Below are positions 41,511 to 53,707 of a DNA stretch of 64,000 nt, piece by piece. The position numbers and the translations under genes were made by a program. The stretch is from an uncultured Gemmatimonadales bacterium. GTDB taxonomy: Bacteria > Gemmatimonadota > Gemmatimonadetes > Gemmatimonadales > GWC2-71-9. Under the pieces are notes generated by a model, which ran no database searches, had not been told where the DNA came from, and worked only from the letters and a program-made list of their open reading frames with translations. The stretch is from contig CAWCVB010000011.1 in assembly GCA_963798915.1 (NCBI GenBank), positions 30,373 to 94,372 on the forward strand. The letters run 5' to 3'. Position 1 is the first letter of the stretch; the number at the start of each line of letters is the position of its first letter.

Positions 41511-42893
41511 ATGGCGCGCGCTCGATCAGTGTATCGCTGCACGGAATGTGGCCAGGAGCACCCGAAGTGGGTGGGTCGGTGCGAGGGCTGCGGCGAGTGG
41601 AACACAGTGGCCGAGGAGCCGGTGGCCGTGGTGAGCGCCCGGCGCCCGGCGGCGCGGCGCGCGCGGGTCGTGCGGATGGGAACCGGCGTGCCGGTGGATT
41701 CACCGCACCGGCTGCGTGACGTCTCCGATCGGCCACTGTCCCGCTGGACCACCGGGCTCGACGAATTCGACTTCGTGCTGGGTGGTGGGCTGGTGCCGGG
41801 CTCGATGACGCTGATCGGCGGTGAACCCGGCATCGGCAAGTCCACCCTGCTCATGCAGGCCGCGGCGCGGCTGGTGCAGGGCGGCAGGCAGGTGCTCTAC
41901 GCCAGCGGCGAGGAAAGCCCCGAGCAGCTGCGGCTGCGGGCCGACCGGCTTCATGAGGACGCCGGCGACCTGCACGTGCTGGGCGAGACCTCGCTGGAGC
42001 GGGTGCTGGAATCGGCCGCGGCGCTGCGGGCCGACCTCGTAGTGCTGGACTCCATCCAGACGGTCTACACCGAGACACTGGAAAGCGCGCCCGGCAATGT
42101 GGGCCAGGTCAGGGAGTGCGCCGGCCAGCTCATGCGGTTCGCCAAGGAAACCGGAACGTCAGTGATGGTCGTGGGACATGTCACCAAGGGCGGCGGGATC
42201 GCCGGCCCCAAGACCCTCGAACACATCGTGGACACGGTGCTCTACTTCGAGGGCGAGGCCACACTCGACTACCGCCTCTTGCGGGCGACCAAGAATCGCT
42301 TCGGATCAGTGGACGAACTGGGCGTCTTCACCATGACGGGGGCGGGCCTGGTGCCGGTGCCCAATCCCAGCGCCGTGTTTCTCGCCGCCCGATCGTCCAG
42401 CACGGCCGGCAGCGCCATCACGGCGCTCATGGAAGGGACCCGGCCCGTACTGGTCGAGGTGCAGGCCCTTGCCGCGCGTTCCGGCTACGGCACGCCCCAG
42501 CGCGTCTCCACCGGGCTCGACCCCAAGCGGCTCGCCGTGCTGCTCGCGGTGCTGGAACGGCGGGCCGACACTTCGTTTGCCGACCTGGATGTCTTCGTGC
42601 AGGCCACGGCTGGCGTCCGGCTTTCCGAACCAGGCGCCGACCTGGCGGTGGCGGCTGCGCTGGTCTCGAGCCTCTACAACCGTCCGGCGCCGGCCGACGG
42701 CATCTTCCTGGGCGAGGTTGGCCTGGGTGGCGAGGTACGTCCCGCTGCCGGCCTGGAGCGGCGGGCAGCCGAGGCCTCGCGCCTCGGCTTCCGGCGGCTG
42801 TTCTGCGCAGCGCGCCTGGCGGCGCCCGTCTCCGGCATCGAAGTGATCGGGCTCGAAAACGTCGGGGACCTGGTACGGCGCCTTGCCGCGTGA
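41511..42893 (+). CDS. radA: DNA repair protein RadA/Sms
   Basis: CxxC..CxxC, GEPGIGKST, KNRFG, GTRP..VEVQAL. Confidence 0.97.
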   Translation: MARARSVYRCTECGQEHPKWVGRCEGCGEWNTVAEEPVAVVSARRPAARRARVVRMGTGVPVDSPHRLRDVSDRPLSRWTTGLDEFDFVLGGGLVPGSMTLIGGEPGIGKSTLLMQAAARLVQGGRQVLYASGEESPEQLRLRADRLHEDAGDLHVLGETSLERVLESAAALRADLVVLDSIQTVYTETLESAPGNVGQVRECAGQLMRFAKETGTSVMVVGHVTKGGGIAGPKTLEHIVDTVLYFEGEATLDYRLLRATKNRFGSVDELGVFTMTGAGLVPVPNPSAVFLAARSSSTAGSAITALMEGTRPVLVEVQALAARSGYGTPQRVSTGLDPKRLAVLLAVLERRADTSFADLDVFVQATAGVRLSEPGADLAVAAALVSSLYNRPAPADGIFLGEVGLGGEVRPAAGLERRAAEASRLGFRRLFCAARLAAPVSGIEVIGLENVGDLVRRLAA

Positions 42894-43569
42894 TGTCGAC
42901 GTCCTGCTGCTGGCCGCTGGCAGGGGGGAACGCGCTGGCATCGGGGAGCCCAAGCAGTTTCGGCCCATCGGCGGTGTGCCGATGCTGCTGCGTGCCCTTC
43001 GGCCATTTGCCTCCCATCCCGACGTCGGCCGGATACTCATCACGCTTCCGGAGGATGTGGCCGGCGCTCCTCCCGGGTGGCTTGTCGCGGCGCAGGGCGA
43101 CCTGGTCCATCTGGTGGCCGGCGGGACGACGCGCCAGGAGAGCGTGACGCGTGCGCTGGAGCGCGTAAGGCCCGAGGCCATCACGGTGCTGGTACACGAC
43201 GCGGCACGGCCGTTCGTGAGCCGGGAGGTCATCGACGCCGTGATCGCGGTGGCACGGGACGGTGACGGCGCGGTGGCGGCGCTGCCCCTCACCGACACGC
43301 TCAAGGCGAGCAACGGCGATGGGATTATTTCCGCCACGCTCGATCGGGCAGGGCTCTGGCGGGCCCAGACTCCCCAGGGTTTTCCGCGCGCCATGCTGGA
43401 GCACGCCCATCGCGAGGCAACGACGGGGCACGCCGCTACCGACGACGCCACGCTGGTCGAGGCATTGGGCTACCGGGTGCGCGTCGTTCCGGACTCACCG
43501 GTGAATCTCAAGGTTACCAGTCCCGCGGACTTCCAAATCGCGCAGGCGCTGGCGAGCCGGCTCGAATGA
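42883..43569 (+). CDS. ispD: 2-C-methyl-D-erythritol 4-phosphate cytidylyltransferase
   Basis: LAAGRGER, PKQF, GG.TRQES, VHDAARP, AQTPQ, TDD, N.KVT. Confidence 0.95.
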   Translation: MPRDVDVLLLAAGRGERAGIGEPKQFRPIGGVPMLLRALRPFASHPDVGRILITLPEDVAGAPPGWLVAAQGDLVHLVAGGTTRQESVTRALERVRPEAITVLVHDAARPFVSREVIDAVIAVARDGDGAVAALPLTDTLKASNGDGIISATLDRAGLWRAQTPQGFPRAMLEHAHREATTGHAATDDATLVEALGYRVRVVPDSPVNLKVTSPADFQIAQALASRLE

Positions 43570-44216
43570 TTCTGCCCTTCGGGACCGAGGCGGACGTACG
43601 CGCTGCGGCCGCGCCGGTTCGGGAGCAGCTCGAGGCCGGTCGGCTGGTCGCCTATCCGACGGAGACGGTGTATGGCCTGGGATCGGCCCCGCGCGACGCA
43701 GCGCTGGCGGAGCTGGCCCGCCTGAAGGGGCGTCCACCGGGCAAGCCATTCCTGCTGCTGGTCTCCGGCCGGCTGATGGCCGAAGAATGGGGACTGGTGT
43801 TTCCCGCGGCGGCGCGTGCCATGGCCGACGTCTTCTGGCCCGGTCCGCTCACGCTGGTGCTGCGCGGCGGTGAGGGGCGACTGCCGGATCAACTGCGCGG
43901 CCCCGAGGGTGGCATCGCCGTGCGCCACACGTCGCACCGTGGCATGGCCCTGCTGGTCCGGCTGGTGGGATTTCCCATCACGTCCACGTCGGCTAATCGT
44001 CCAGGTGGCCCGCCGGCCCCGGGCGTCGCACGCCTTGAGGTCCTGTTCCGCGACGCGGTCGACGAGGGCCTGCTGCTGGTGCTGGATGGCGGCGTGCTTG
44101 GCAATGTCCCATCATCCACTATCGTTGATTGCACCGGGCCGATGCCGGTGCTGATACGCGAAGGCGCGTTGCCGCGGCCGGAACTGCGCCGCGCCGTCGG
44201 CCGATACGCTCCCTGA
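43566..44216 (+). CDS. tsaC: L-threonylcarbamoyladenylate synthase (TsaC/SUA5)
   Basis: YPTETVYGL, KGR..KP, FWPGPLT, STSAN, SSTIVD. Confidence 0.92.
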   Translation: MILPFGTEADVRAAAAPVREQLEAGRLVAYPTETVYGLGSAPRDAALAELARLKGRPPGKPFLLLVSGRLMAEEWGLVFPAAARAMADVFWPGPLTLVLRGGEGRLPDQLRGPEGGIAVRHTSHRGMALLVRLVGFPITSTSANRPGGPPAPGVARLEVLFRDAVDEGLLLVLDGGVLGNVPSSTIVDCTGPMPVLIREGALPRPELRRAVGRYAP

Positions 44217-44224
44217 ATCCTGCC

Positions 44225-44677
44225 ATGCACATCCTCTTTGTCTGCACCGGAAACACCTGCCGTAGTCCGCTGGCCGAAGCGATGCTTCGGCAGGCACTTG
44301 CCGAGCGCGGCATTGACGGCGTCGAGGTGGAGTCCGCCGGAACCGGCGCCTGGGATGGCGCGCCGGCATCGGAAGGTGCGTACCTCGTGGGGCTTGAGCA
44401 CGAACTCGACCTGAGCGCCCACCGGGCTCGCCTGCTCACCCGGGAACTGGTGCGTCGCGCCGATCTCATTCTCACGATGAGCGCTCACCATCGCGCCCGC
44501 GCTGAGGCGCTCGGTGGGGACGGCCGCTCCCATACGCTCACGGGATACGCCGGTGGCCAGGAGGAGGGGGAGGTCCCGGATCCCTACGGCGGCGAGCTCG
44601 ACGAATACCGCGCCGCCTTCGATCGACTTTCGTCGCTCATCGACGCCGTCGCCGGCCGGCTGGCGGAACATCGCTGA
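44225..44677 (+). CDS. Low-molecular-weight protein tyrosine/arginine phosphatase
   Basis: FVCTGNTCRSPLAE, SAG, DPYG. Confidence 0.92.
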   Translation: MHILFVCTGNTCRSPLAEAMLRQALAERGIDGVEVESAGTGAWDGAPASEGAYLVGLEHELDLSAHRARLLTRELVRRADLILTMSAHHRARAEALGGDGRSHTLTGYAGGQEEGEVPDPYGGELDEYRAAFDRLSSLIDAVAGRLAEHR

Positions 44678-44678
44678 C

Positions 44679-45465
44679 ATGACTCCACGCCGACTCCGGC
44701 TCTTCGCCATCCTTGGTGATCCCGTCGCCCACTCCCTCTCGCCCGCCATGTACAACGCGGCGTTTCGCGCGCTCGGCATGCCGGCGACCTACGTGCCCAT
44801 CCGCTGCAGCGCCCGGGACCTGCCGGGCCTCATGGGCGGCATCGCCCGATCGGGTGGCGGCGGAAACGTGACCGTGCCACACAAGGCGCTGGCAGCACGC
44901 CTGGTGCAGGATGCCACCGAAGCGGCACGGTTGGCGGGCGCCTGCAATACCTTCTGGCGGCATGCTGAACGGGTGCGCGGCGACAATACCGACGTGGCGG
45001 GGACGGTGGCAGCCATGCAGGAACTCGGCGTGTGTGGCGGGAACTGGCTTGTGGCCGGCACCGGTGGTGCGGCGCGTGCCGTGGTGCTGGCGGCGCGCCA
45101 GCTGGAGGCGCGAGTGGCGGTGCGATCGCGCGATGAAGCACGCGCCGCGGAATTCGCGGCGTGGGCTGCGGAGCGTGGTGTCGCGGCCGCCGAGCCAGCC
45201 GAGTGCAACGTGCTGGTCAATGCCACGCCACTGGGCCTTCGGCGCGACGACGCTCCGCCTATCCCGGCGGATGCAGCCCCGGCCGCAGAGGTTGCGCTGG
45301 ACCTGGTGTACGCCAGGGGCGAGACGCCGTGGGTACATCATTGCCGAGCCCGCGGCATGCAGGCGCGTGACGGTCGCACCATGCTGCTGGCGCAGGGCGT
45401 GGCGGCATTCCGTCGCTGGTACCCGGACGTGGTGCCGCCGATCGAAATCATGCGGGCGGCCCTCC

Positions 45466-45482
<17 letters not shown>
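44679..45482 (+). CDS. aroE: Shikimate dehydrogenase
   Basis: GDPVAHSLSP, NVTVPHK, NT..NTD, GTGGAAR, NATPLG, DLVY. Confidence 0.93.
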
Positions 45483-48432
<2,950 letters not shown>

Positions 48433-48436
<4 letters not shown>

Positions 48437-49188
48437 TCCGGCCCCTGATCTTTGCCGCCAACTGGAAGATGCACCACGGTCCGGGTGCCACCCGTGACTA
48501 CCTGCGCCACTTCCTGCCCCTGGCGCCACCCCTGGCGCACCGTTCGCTCTGGTTCTTCACGCCTGCGGCCTCGCTCATGACCGCCGCGGAAATGCTGCGT
48601 GACCGCGCCGACGCGCACGTCGGAGCGCAGAATATCCATTGGGAGGGCAAGGGCGCCTTTACCGGGGAACTCTCGGCCGCCATCGCGTGCGATGCGGGGG
48701 CTGAGGGAACCCTGGTCGGCCATTCCGAGCGCCGGCACCTTTTCGGGGAGACCGATGGGGACGCTGCCCGAAAAGTTGCCGCGGCGCTCGCCAGCGGACT
48801 CGTGCCGATGCTCTGCGTTGGAGAGACGCTCGAGGAGCGGGAAGCGGGGCAGACCGAGGCGGTCTGCCTCCGGCAACTGCGAGGCGGGCTCGAAAGCCTT
48901 GGCCCCGACCAGCTCTTGCGGGTGCTGGTTGCCTATGAGCCGGTCTGGGCCATCGGCACTGGGCGCACCGCCACCCCGGCCGACGCTGCCGCCGTGCATC
49001 GCACGCTCCGCACCTGCCTGGTGGAGCTGGGGCAGCCGTACCCGGTCATCCTGTACGGTGGCAGCGTGAATCAGCAGAACGTCCAGGAACTGGTTGCCCA
49101 GGACGAAATCGACGGCGTCCTGGTGGGCGGCGCCAGCCTGGATCCGCTCAAATGGGCCGAGCTGGTCGCGCTCGGGAGCCCCGGTTGA
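48433..49188 (+). CDS. tpiA: Triosephosphate isomerase
   Basis: NWKM, GHSERR, AYEPVWAIGTG, YGGSV, LVGGASL. Confidence 0.98.
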
Positions 49189-49240
49189 ACCGGGCAGTGC
49201 GACGGGCTAGATTTCTGGATTGTCTGAACCCGGGAACCCA

Positions 49241-49609
49241 ATGTTCTATCTGATTCTGGTCCTGCTCATCCTTGACGCGCTGATCCTGGCGACGGTGGTC
49301 CTGCTCCAGTCCGGCGAGGGCGGCGGGCTTGCCAGCCTGGGCGGCGGCATGACCGACCGCGTGGTCGGCGGCAGGCAGGCCGTGACGCTCCTCACCCGCA
49401 TGACCTGGTGGTGCGGCGGGATCTTCCTGGGACTCTCGCTGATCCTCTCGGTGATCTCGGCGGGCAGGGGAAGTGGCCCGACCCGGAGCGGGATCCAGCA
49501 GCAGATCCGGCAGTCCGCGCCGCCGCCGGCGGCGCCCAGCCAGCTGCCGATAGAGAATTCCGCCCCTGCGCCATCTGGCGGCGAGCCATCGCCGACACCG
49601 CCGCAGTGA
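49241..49609 (+). CDS. secG: Preprotein translocase subunit SecG
   Basis: [22 protein letters not shown]; two TMs; follows tpiA. Confidence 0.92.
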   Translation: MFYLILVLLILDALILATVVLLQSGEGGGLASLGGGMTDRVVGGRQAVTLLTRMTWWCGGIFLGLSLILSVISAGRGSGPTRSGIQQQIRQSAPPPAAPSQLPIENSAPAPSGGEPSPTPPQ

Positions 49610-50751
49610 GCGGAAGCATCGAGCGGGGCGTCGGCAGGTCCGATCGCCCCGCTTTCCTTCTGCTGGAGGACGGCGAGTGGTTCGCCGGTACGGCGCCGTT
49701 CGCTTTTGAGCCGGCCTTCGCCGAAGTGGTTTTCACCACCAATCTGACGGGCTACCAGGAGACATTCACCGATCCCAGCTACCTGGGGCAGATCGTCGTG
49801 ATGACCGCGCCCATGATCGGCAATTACGGCGTCACGGCCGAAGACATGGAATCGCTCCGGCCGCAGGTGAGCGGTGTGGTGGTGCGCGAACTCAGCCGGC
49901 ATCCTTCGAACTGGCGCGCCAGCATGGGCCTGGGCGAGTGGCTTGCGCAGGAGCATGTGCCGGTGCTCGAGAACGTCGATACCAGGCGGCTCACCCGGCA
50001 CCTGCGGGAGCGTGGGTCGATGCGGGGCGCCCTGGCAGTGGGGCTGGAGCCGGATGACGAGCTGCGGCGCAGTCTGGCCGCCAGCCCGGCCATGAGCGGG
50101 CAGGATCTCGCCTCCAAGGCAACCGTTGCCCAGCCGTATTCCGAGGGCAGCGGACCACACGTCGTCGCGTTCGATTTCGGCATGAAGCGGAATATCGTGA
50201 AGATGCTGGTGGCGGCCGGCTGCCGGGTGACGGTGGTCCCTTCACAAACTACTGCAAGCGAAGTCCGTAAGCTCAATCCGGATGGCATCTTCCTGTCCAA
50301 TGGCCCGGGTGATCCGTCGGCTGTGGCCTACGCACTTCCGGTGATCCGCGAACTGGGTGATGAGGGGTTGCCGACCTTCGGCATCTGCCTGGGGCAGCAA
50401 CTCATTGGGCTGGCCTATGGGGGACGCACGGAAAAGATGCCGTATGGGCATCGGGGCGGGAACCATCCGGTGCGTGATCTCCGAACCGGCCGGGTGCTGA
50501 TCACCACGCAGAATCATGGATTTGCGGTCACGGGCGACGCCGACGGGGTGCCGGGCGCACCCGATCTCGAGGTCACGCACCGTAACCTCAATGATGGCAG
50601 CGTCGAGGGAATTCGGCATCGGCACCATCCCATTTTCGCAGTGCAGTATCATCCTGAAGCGGCGCCGGGCCCCCATGACGCCTATCCCCATTTTGGCGAA
50701 TTCCTGCGCTCGCTGGCTGTCCGGAACCGTTCCAGCGCTCCAACCCCTTGA
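49606..50751 (+). CDS. carA: Carbamoyl-phosphate synthase small subunit
   Basis: [50 protein letters not shown]. Confidence 0.96.
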   Translation: MSGSIERGVGRSDRPAFLLLEDGEWFAGTAPFAFEPAFAEVVFTTNLTGYQETFTDPSYLGQIVVMTAPMIGNYGVTAEDMESLRPQVSGVVVRELSRHPSNWRASMGLGEWLAQEHVPVLENVDTRRLTRHLRERGSMRGALAVGLEPDDELRRSLAASPAMSGQDLASKATVAQPYSEGSGPHVVAFDFGMKRNIVKMLVAAGCRVTVVPSQTTASEVRKLNPDGIFLSNGPGDPSAVAYALPVIRELGDEGLPTFGICLGQQLIGLAYGGRTEKMPYGHRGGNHPVRDLRTGRVLITTQNHGFAVTGDADGVPGAPDLEVTHRNLNDGSVEGIRHRHHPIFAVQYHPEAAPGPHDAYPHFGEFLRSLAVRNRSSAPTP

Positions 50752-50776
50752 CAGACAACACTTAAGCCCGTACTAT
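50748..50776 (+). promoter_or_regulatory. Sigma70 promoter of the HU gene
   Basis: TTGACA-17 bp-TACTAT. Confidence 0.75.
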
Positions 50777-50834
50777 CGGCGCGTAGGCGCCTCCACTGGG
50801 GCGCCCTTAGTCTGTGACCCTCCGCGGGGGATGC

Positions 50835-51170
50835 ATGACCAAGGCCGATCTCGTTGAAACGGTGACCGCCGCCATCGCGCGCACCGCCGGGCCCATGATC
50901 TCGAAAAAGGACTGCGCCCGGGTCGTGGACTCATTCCTGGATGCGGTGAAGGATGCGCTCAAGGATCAGCAGAACATCGAGATCCGCGGCTTTGGCACAT
51001 TCAAGATCCGCCGGCGCAAGACCCGCATGGCCCGGAATCCCAGGACGGGAGAGCCGGTCGAGGTGGCCGCGCGGCCGGTGCCGGTTTTCAAGCCGAGCAA
51101 GGAACTGCGCACCCTGGTTGCAGATGAGGGGTCGCCGGAGCCGGCCGATTCTGGCCCTGATTACAGTTGA
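50835..51170 (+). CDS. hup: HU/IHF family DNA-binding protein
   Basis: MTKADLV, IEIRGFGTF, ARNPRTGE, PVFKPSKEL. Confidence 0.92.
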   Translation: MTKADLVETVTAAIARTAGPMISKKDCARVVDSFLDAVKDALKDQQNIEIRGFGTFKIRRRKTRMARNPRTGEPVEVAARPVPVFKPSKELRTLVADEGSPEPADSGPDYS

Positions 51171-51189
51171 GGTCTCCTTTCCCCTGCCC

Positions 51190-51221
51190 GCGGGCCGCGC
51201 CATGATGCGGCCCGCTTTTTT
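51190..51221 (+). terminator. Rho-independent terminator
   Basis: GCGGGCCGC..GCGGCCCGC followed by TTTTTT. Confidence 0.75.
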
Positions 51222-51236
51222 GTGTACACTTCCGGG

Positions 51237-51485
51237 ATGAGCATTACGGTCAATGCACTCCTCTTTGCCCGGTACGCGGAGCTGCTCGGCAGCGACCGGA
51301 TGGTGATGCAGTTGCCGGAGGGGACCTTGGCGCACCAGGCGGTTGCACGGCTTCGCCAGCAGCCCGGTGCGGCCGGGCTGCCGGCGAGCGTCCTCATCGC
51401 CATCAACGGCCGGCAGGCGTCGCCAGATCAGTCGCTGGCTCACGGCGATGAACTCGCGATTCTGCCACCCCTGGCAGGCGGCTGA
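51237..51485 (+). CDS. moaD: Molybdopterin synthase sulfur carrier MoaD
   Basis: LLFA, GDELAILPPLAGG C-terminal GG. Confidence 0.92.
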   Translation: MSITVNALLFARYAELLGSDRMVMQLPEGTLAHQAVARLRQQPGAAGLPASVLIAINGRQASPDQSLAHGDELAILPPLAGG

Positions 51486-51946
51486 TGGCCTACCTTTCGC
51501 GAGATCCCATTGACATCGCGGCGCTGGTTGAATCGGTGCGCCAGCCCGGGCGGGGAGGCATCGTCACGTTTACCGGCACCGTGCGCAACAGCCATGCGGG
51601 CCGGGAGGTGCGTGCGCTCAGCTACTCCGCGTACGAAGCCATGGCCGAGCATGAGTGCGGCGTCATCCGTCAGGAGGCGGAGGGCCGGTGGCCGGTGTCT
51701 GTGGCTCTCGCCCACCGCGTGGGCGACCTTCAGGTGGGCGATGCGGCGGTAGCTGTGGTGGTGGCCGCGCCGCATCGCGAGGAAGCATTCGATGCCTGTC
51801 GCTGGCTCATCGATGAAATCAAGCGGCGCGTGCCGATCTGGAAGCGCGAGACGTACGCGGACGGGTCGGTCGCCTGGGTGGACCCGACTGCGCCGGGCGG
51901 CGTCGTGATGGCCCGGCCTGCTGATTCGGCGGCTCAGCGTGACTGA
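51485..51946 (+). CDS. moaE: Molybdopterin synthase catalytic subunit MoaE
   Basis: F.GTVR, HRVG.L, PHR.EAF, IK..VPIWKRE. Confidence 0.95.
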   Translation: MAYLSRDPIDIAALVESVRQPGRGGIVTFTGTVRNSHAGREVRALSYSAYEAMAEHECGVIRQEAEGRWPVSVALAHRVGDLQVGDAAVAVVVAAPHREEAFDACRWLIDEIKRRVPIWKRETYADGSVAWVDPTAPGGVVMARPADSAAQRD

Positions 51947-52967
51947 ATCCCTGCTGGACACCCTCGGCCGGCCGCTCGGCAGTCTTCGGCTCAGCGTCAC
52001 CGACCGCTGCAACCTTCGCTGCGCCTACTGCATGCCGGAGGCAGACTACGCTTGGCTGCCGAGGCAGTCGTTGCTCTCGTTCGAGGAGCTGACCCGGCTG
52101 GCCCGGCTCTTCTCCGCCCTGGGTGCGCACAAAGTCCGGCTCACGGGCGGGGAGCCGTTGATCCGGCGCGACCTGCCCGAGCTGGTGCGGATGCTGGCCG
52201 GAGAGCCGGACGTGCGCGACCTCGCGCTCACTACCAACGGCCTGCTGCTGACCCGGCAACTGGATGCGCTGGCCGGGGCTGGCCTGCAGCGCGTCACGAT
52301 CAGTCTCGATACCCTCCGTCCCGAGCGGTTTCTCGCCCTGGCGCGGAGCACCCGGCACGCCGACGTGCTTGATGCGGTCGCGGCGGTGCAGGGAAGCGGC
52401 CTCGGACTCAAGCTGAACACCGTGGTCATGCGCGGCATCAATGATGATGAACTCGGGGCACTGATCCGCTTTGCCGGGCAGCACGCGGCGGAGATCCGTT
52501 TCATCGAGTACATGGATGTCGGTGGCGCCACCGGTTGGTCTGCCCGGGACGTCGTGTCGCGCGCCGAAATCCTCCAGCGTATTGGTGGGGAGTTCGGGAG
52601 CATCGAGGAGATTCCCAGCCAAGGATCGCGCGCGCCGGCGGACCGGTTCCGGCTGGCTGGTGGGCAGGTGTTCGGCATCATCGCCAGCACCACGTCACCC
52701 TTCTGCCGGACCTGCGACCGAAGCCGGATCACCGCCGATGGCACCTGGTTTCTGTGTCTCTATGCGGCGGAGGGACTGGACCTGCGAGCGCCACTCCGGG
52801 ACGGCGCAACCGATGCGGAGCTGCGTCATCTCATCGCGCGGCACTGGACGGAACGCGCTGATCGAGGCGCGGAGGAGCGGCTGGCGGGCCCCCACCGTAG
52901 TCCGCTGTACCAGATGCAGATGCTTCGAGCCGACCCCCACCGCGAAATGCACACCCGAGGCGGCTGA
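51939..52967 (+). CDS. moaA: GTP 3',8-cyclase MoaA
   Basis: LRLSVTDRCNLRCAYCMP, TGGEP, FIEYM, FCRTCDRSR, C-terminal GG. Confidence 0.96.
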   Translation: MTESLLDTLGRPLGSLRLSVTDRCNLRCAYCMPEADYAWLPRQSLLSFEELTRLARLFSALGAHKVRLTGGEPLIRRDLPELVRMLAGEPDVRDLALTTNGLLLTRQLDALAGAGLQRVTISLDTLRPERFLALARSTRHADVLDAVAAVQGSGLGLKLNTVVMRGINDDELGALIRFAGQHAAEIRFIEYMDVGGATGWSARDVVSRAEILQRIGGEFGSIEEIPSQGSRAPADRFRLAGGQVFGIIASTTSPFCRTCDRSRITADGTWFLCLYAAEGLDLRAPLRDGATDAELRHLIARHWTERADRGAEERLAGPHRSPLYQMQMLRADPHREMHTRGG

Positions 52968-52972
52968 ACCCC

Positions 52973-53422
52973 ATGACCCTGAACGTCGCCCTGATCCAGC
53001 CCCGGATACCGCCGAACACCGGCAACATTGCCCGGCTCTGTGCCGCTACTGACACGCCGCTGCATCTGATCGAGCCGCTGGGCTTTTCGATCGATGACCG
53101 CGAGGTGAAACGGGCGGGGCTGGATCACTGGGACAAGGTGGACCTGTGGGTGCATCCCGACTGGTTTGCCTTTCGCGATGCCATCAGCCGGAAGCGCTGC
53201 CTCTATTTCTCGGCCAACGCCGAGCGGGACTATCGCGAGGCGCCGTTTCGCAGGAACAGCGTGCTCGTGTTCGGGAACGAGGTGGACGGCATGCCGGAGC
53301 GGATTCTGGAGAAGCACGCCGATCAGTGTTTCCGGATACCGATGGAGGCATCGGTGCGGAGTCTCAACCTGGCCAATGCGGTGAGCATCGTGTTGTATGA
53401 GGGATTGGGGAAGGTGACGTAG
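52973..53422 (+). CDS. trmL: tRNA (cytidine/uridine-34 2'-O)-methyltransferase TrmL
   Basis: P.IPPNTGNIARLC, KRAGLD, FG.E..G, RSLNLAN. Confidence 0.93.
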   Translation: MTLNVALIQPRIPPNTGNIARLCAATDTPLHLIEPLGFSIDDREVKRAGLDHWDKVDLWVHPDWFAFRDAISRKRCLYFSANAERDYREAPFRRNSVLVFGNEVDGMPERILEKHADQCFRIPMEASVRSLNLANAVSIVLYEGLGKVT

Positions 53423-53494
53423 GGGCGTCATTTCCTGCCCGGTCACACGCGCCCAATCACGCCCATTTTATGCACCTTTCATGCAGCGTCTCAC

Positions 53495-53555
53495 GTTTTC
53501 CCACGTTTTTCCCACGCTTCCGTGCGTCGTTTGAGGTTTTTCCCAGGTTTTCCCA
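53495..53555. repeat. Four GTTTT(T)CCCA direct repeats upstream of rhs
   Basis: Copies start at 53495, 53505, 53536 and 53547. Confidence 0.7.
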
Positions 53556-53707
53556 CCGATTCTGCATAGCGGTGAGAAAAAGGGCGTCCGATCAGGTGGG
53601 TGCGCCTGACCAAGTGCTTGGCAGGAAACCAGTTGCGATCTCGTGCTGCATTGGCACGCCGCGTGCCTTGGTGAGGGGTATTCCCACACCGGAGCCCGGC
53701 CGTGTCC

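Noticed and set aside
49606..50751. carA without an adjacent carB
   Set aside because: Separated carA and carB genes are common; not notable on its own.
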